A stretch of 64,000 bases of DNA, from positions 167,028,001 to 167,092,000 of the forward strand of contig NC_042997.1 of assembly GCF_006345805.1 (NCBI RefSeq). Direction: 5' to 3'. A model generated the notes under the pieces. The model was not told the DNA's origin and ran no database searches. It worked only from the letters and a program-made list of their open reading frames with translations. This DNA comes from Octopus sinensis (lineage: Eukaryota). Below, in pieces: positions 63,806-64,000 of the stretch (its first letter is position 1; every line of letters starts with the position of its first letter). The translations under genes and the position numbers were made by a program.

Positions 63806-64000
63806 TGTTTGTGTGTGTGTGGTGTGTGTGTGTGTGTCTGTGTGTGTGTGTATGTGTGTGTGTGTAAATACAGAACATACATACACACGCGCCGCGCGCG
63901 TATGTGTATGTGTGAGAAAGAGAGAAAGATTATATGGTTTTTGTCATATTTCTAGGTAATTTGAAATCAGGAAGATGTCACTGACCGACAACACTGCACT

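Overview
AT-rich, microsatellite-saturated animal genomic DNA with no confidently recognisable host gene. The SINE families (tRNA-headed Nin/Deu-domain SINEs and an OK/OR-like family) point to an octopus or other coleoid cephalopod; this is an inference from repeat recognition. The window holds a deleted Gypsy LTR element (gag-protease only), mariner copies, CR1/L2, RTE and R4/Dong LINE fragments, and two kinds of Penelope-like elements (PLEs) with GIY-YIG endonucleases. The unusual signal is at the RNA level: many short non-coding inserts in (TA)n tracts carry hammerhead ribozyme (HHR) motifs. These include two ORF-less retrozyme-like units (about 511 and 468 nt) with canonical type I HHRs and PLE-style inverted ends, a family with a CUGUNGA (A6U) core, and PLEs with a U3-A8 core. 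The top candidate, at 1305-1392, is a hammerhead whose three core strands occur in the reverse cyclic order from types I/II/III, forming a pseudoknot that contains a Kt-7-like kink-turn. All structures were derived by eye and none has been tested.
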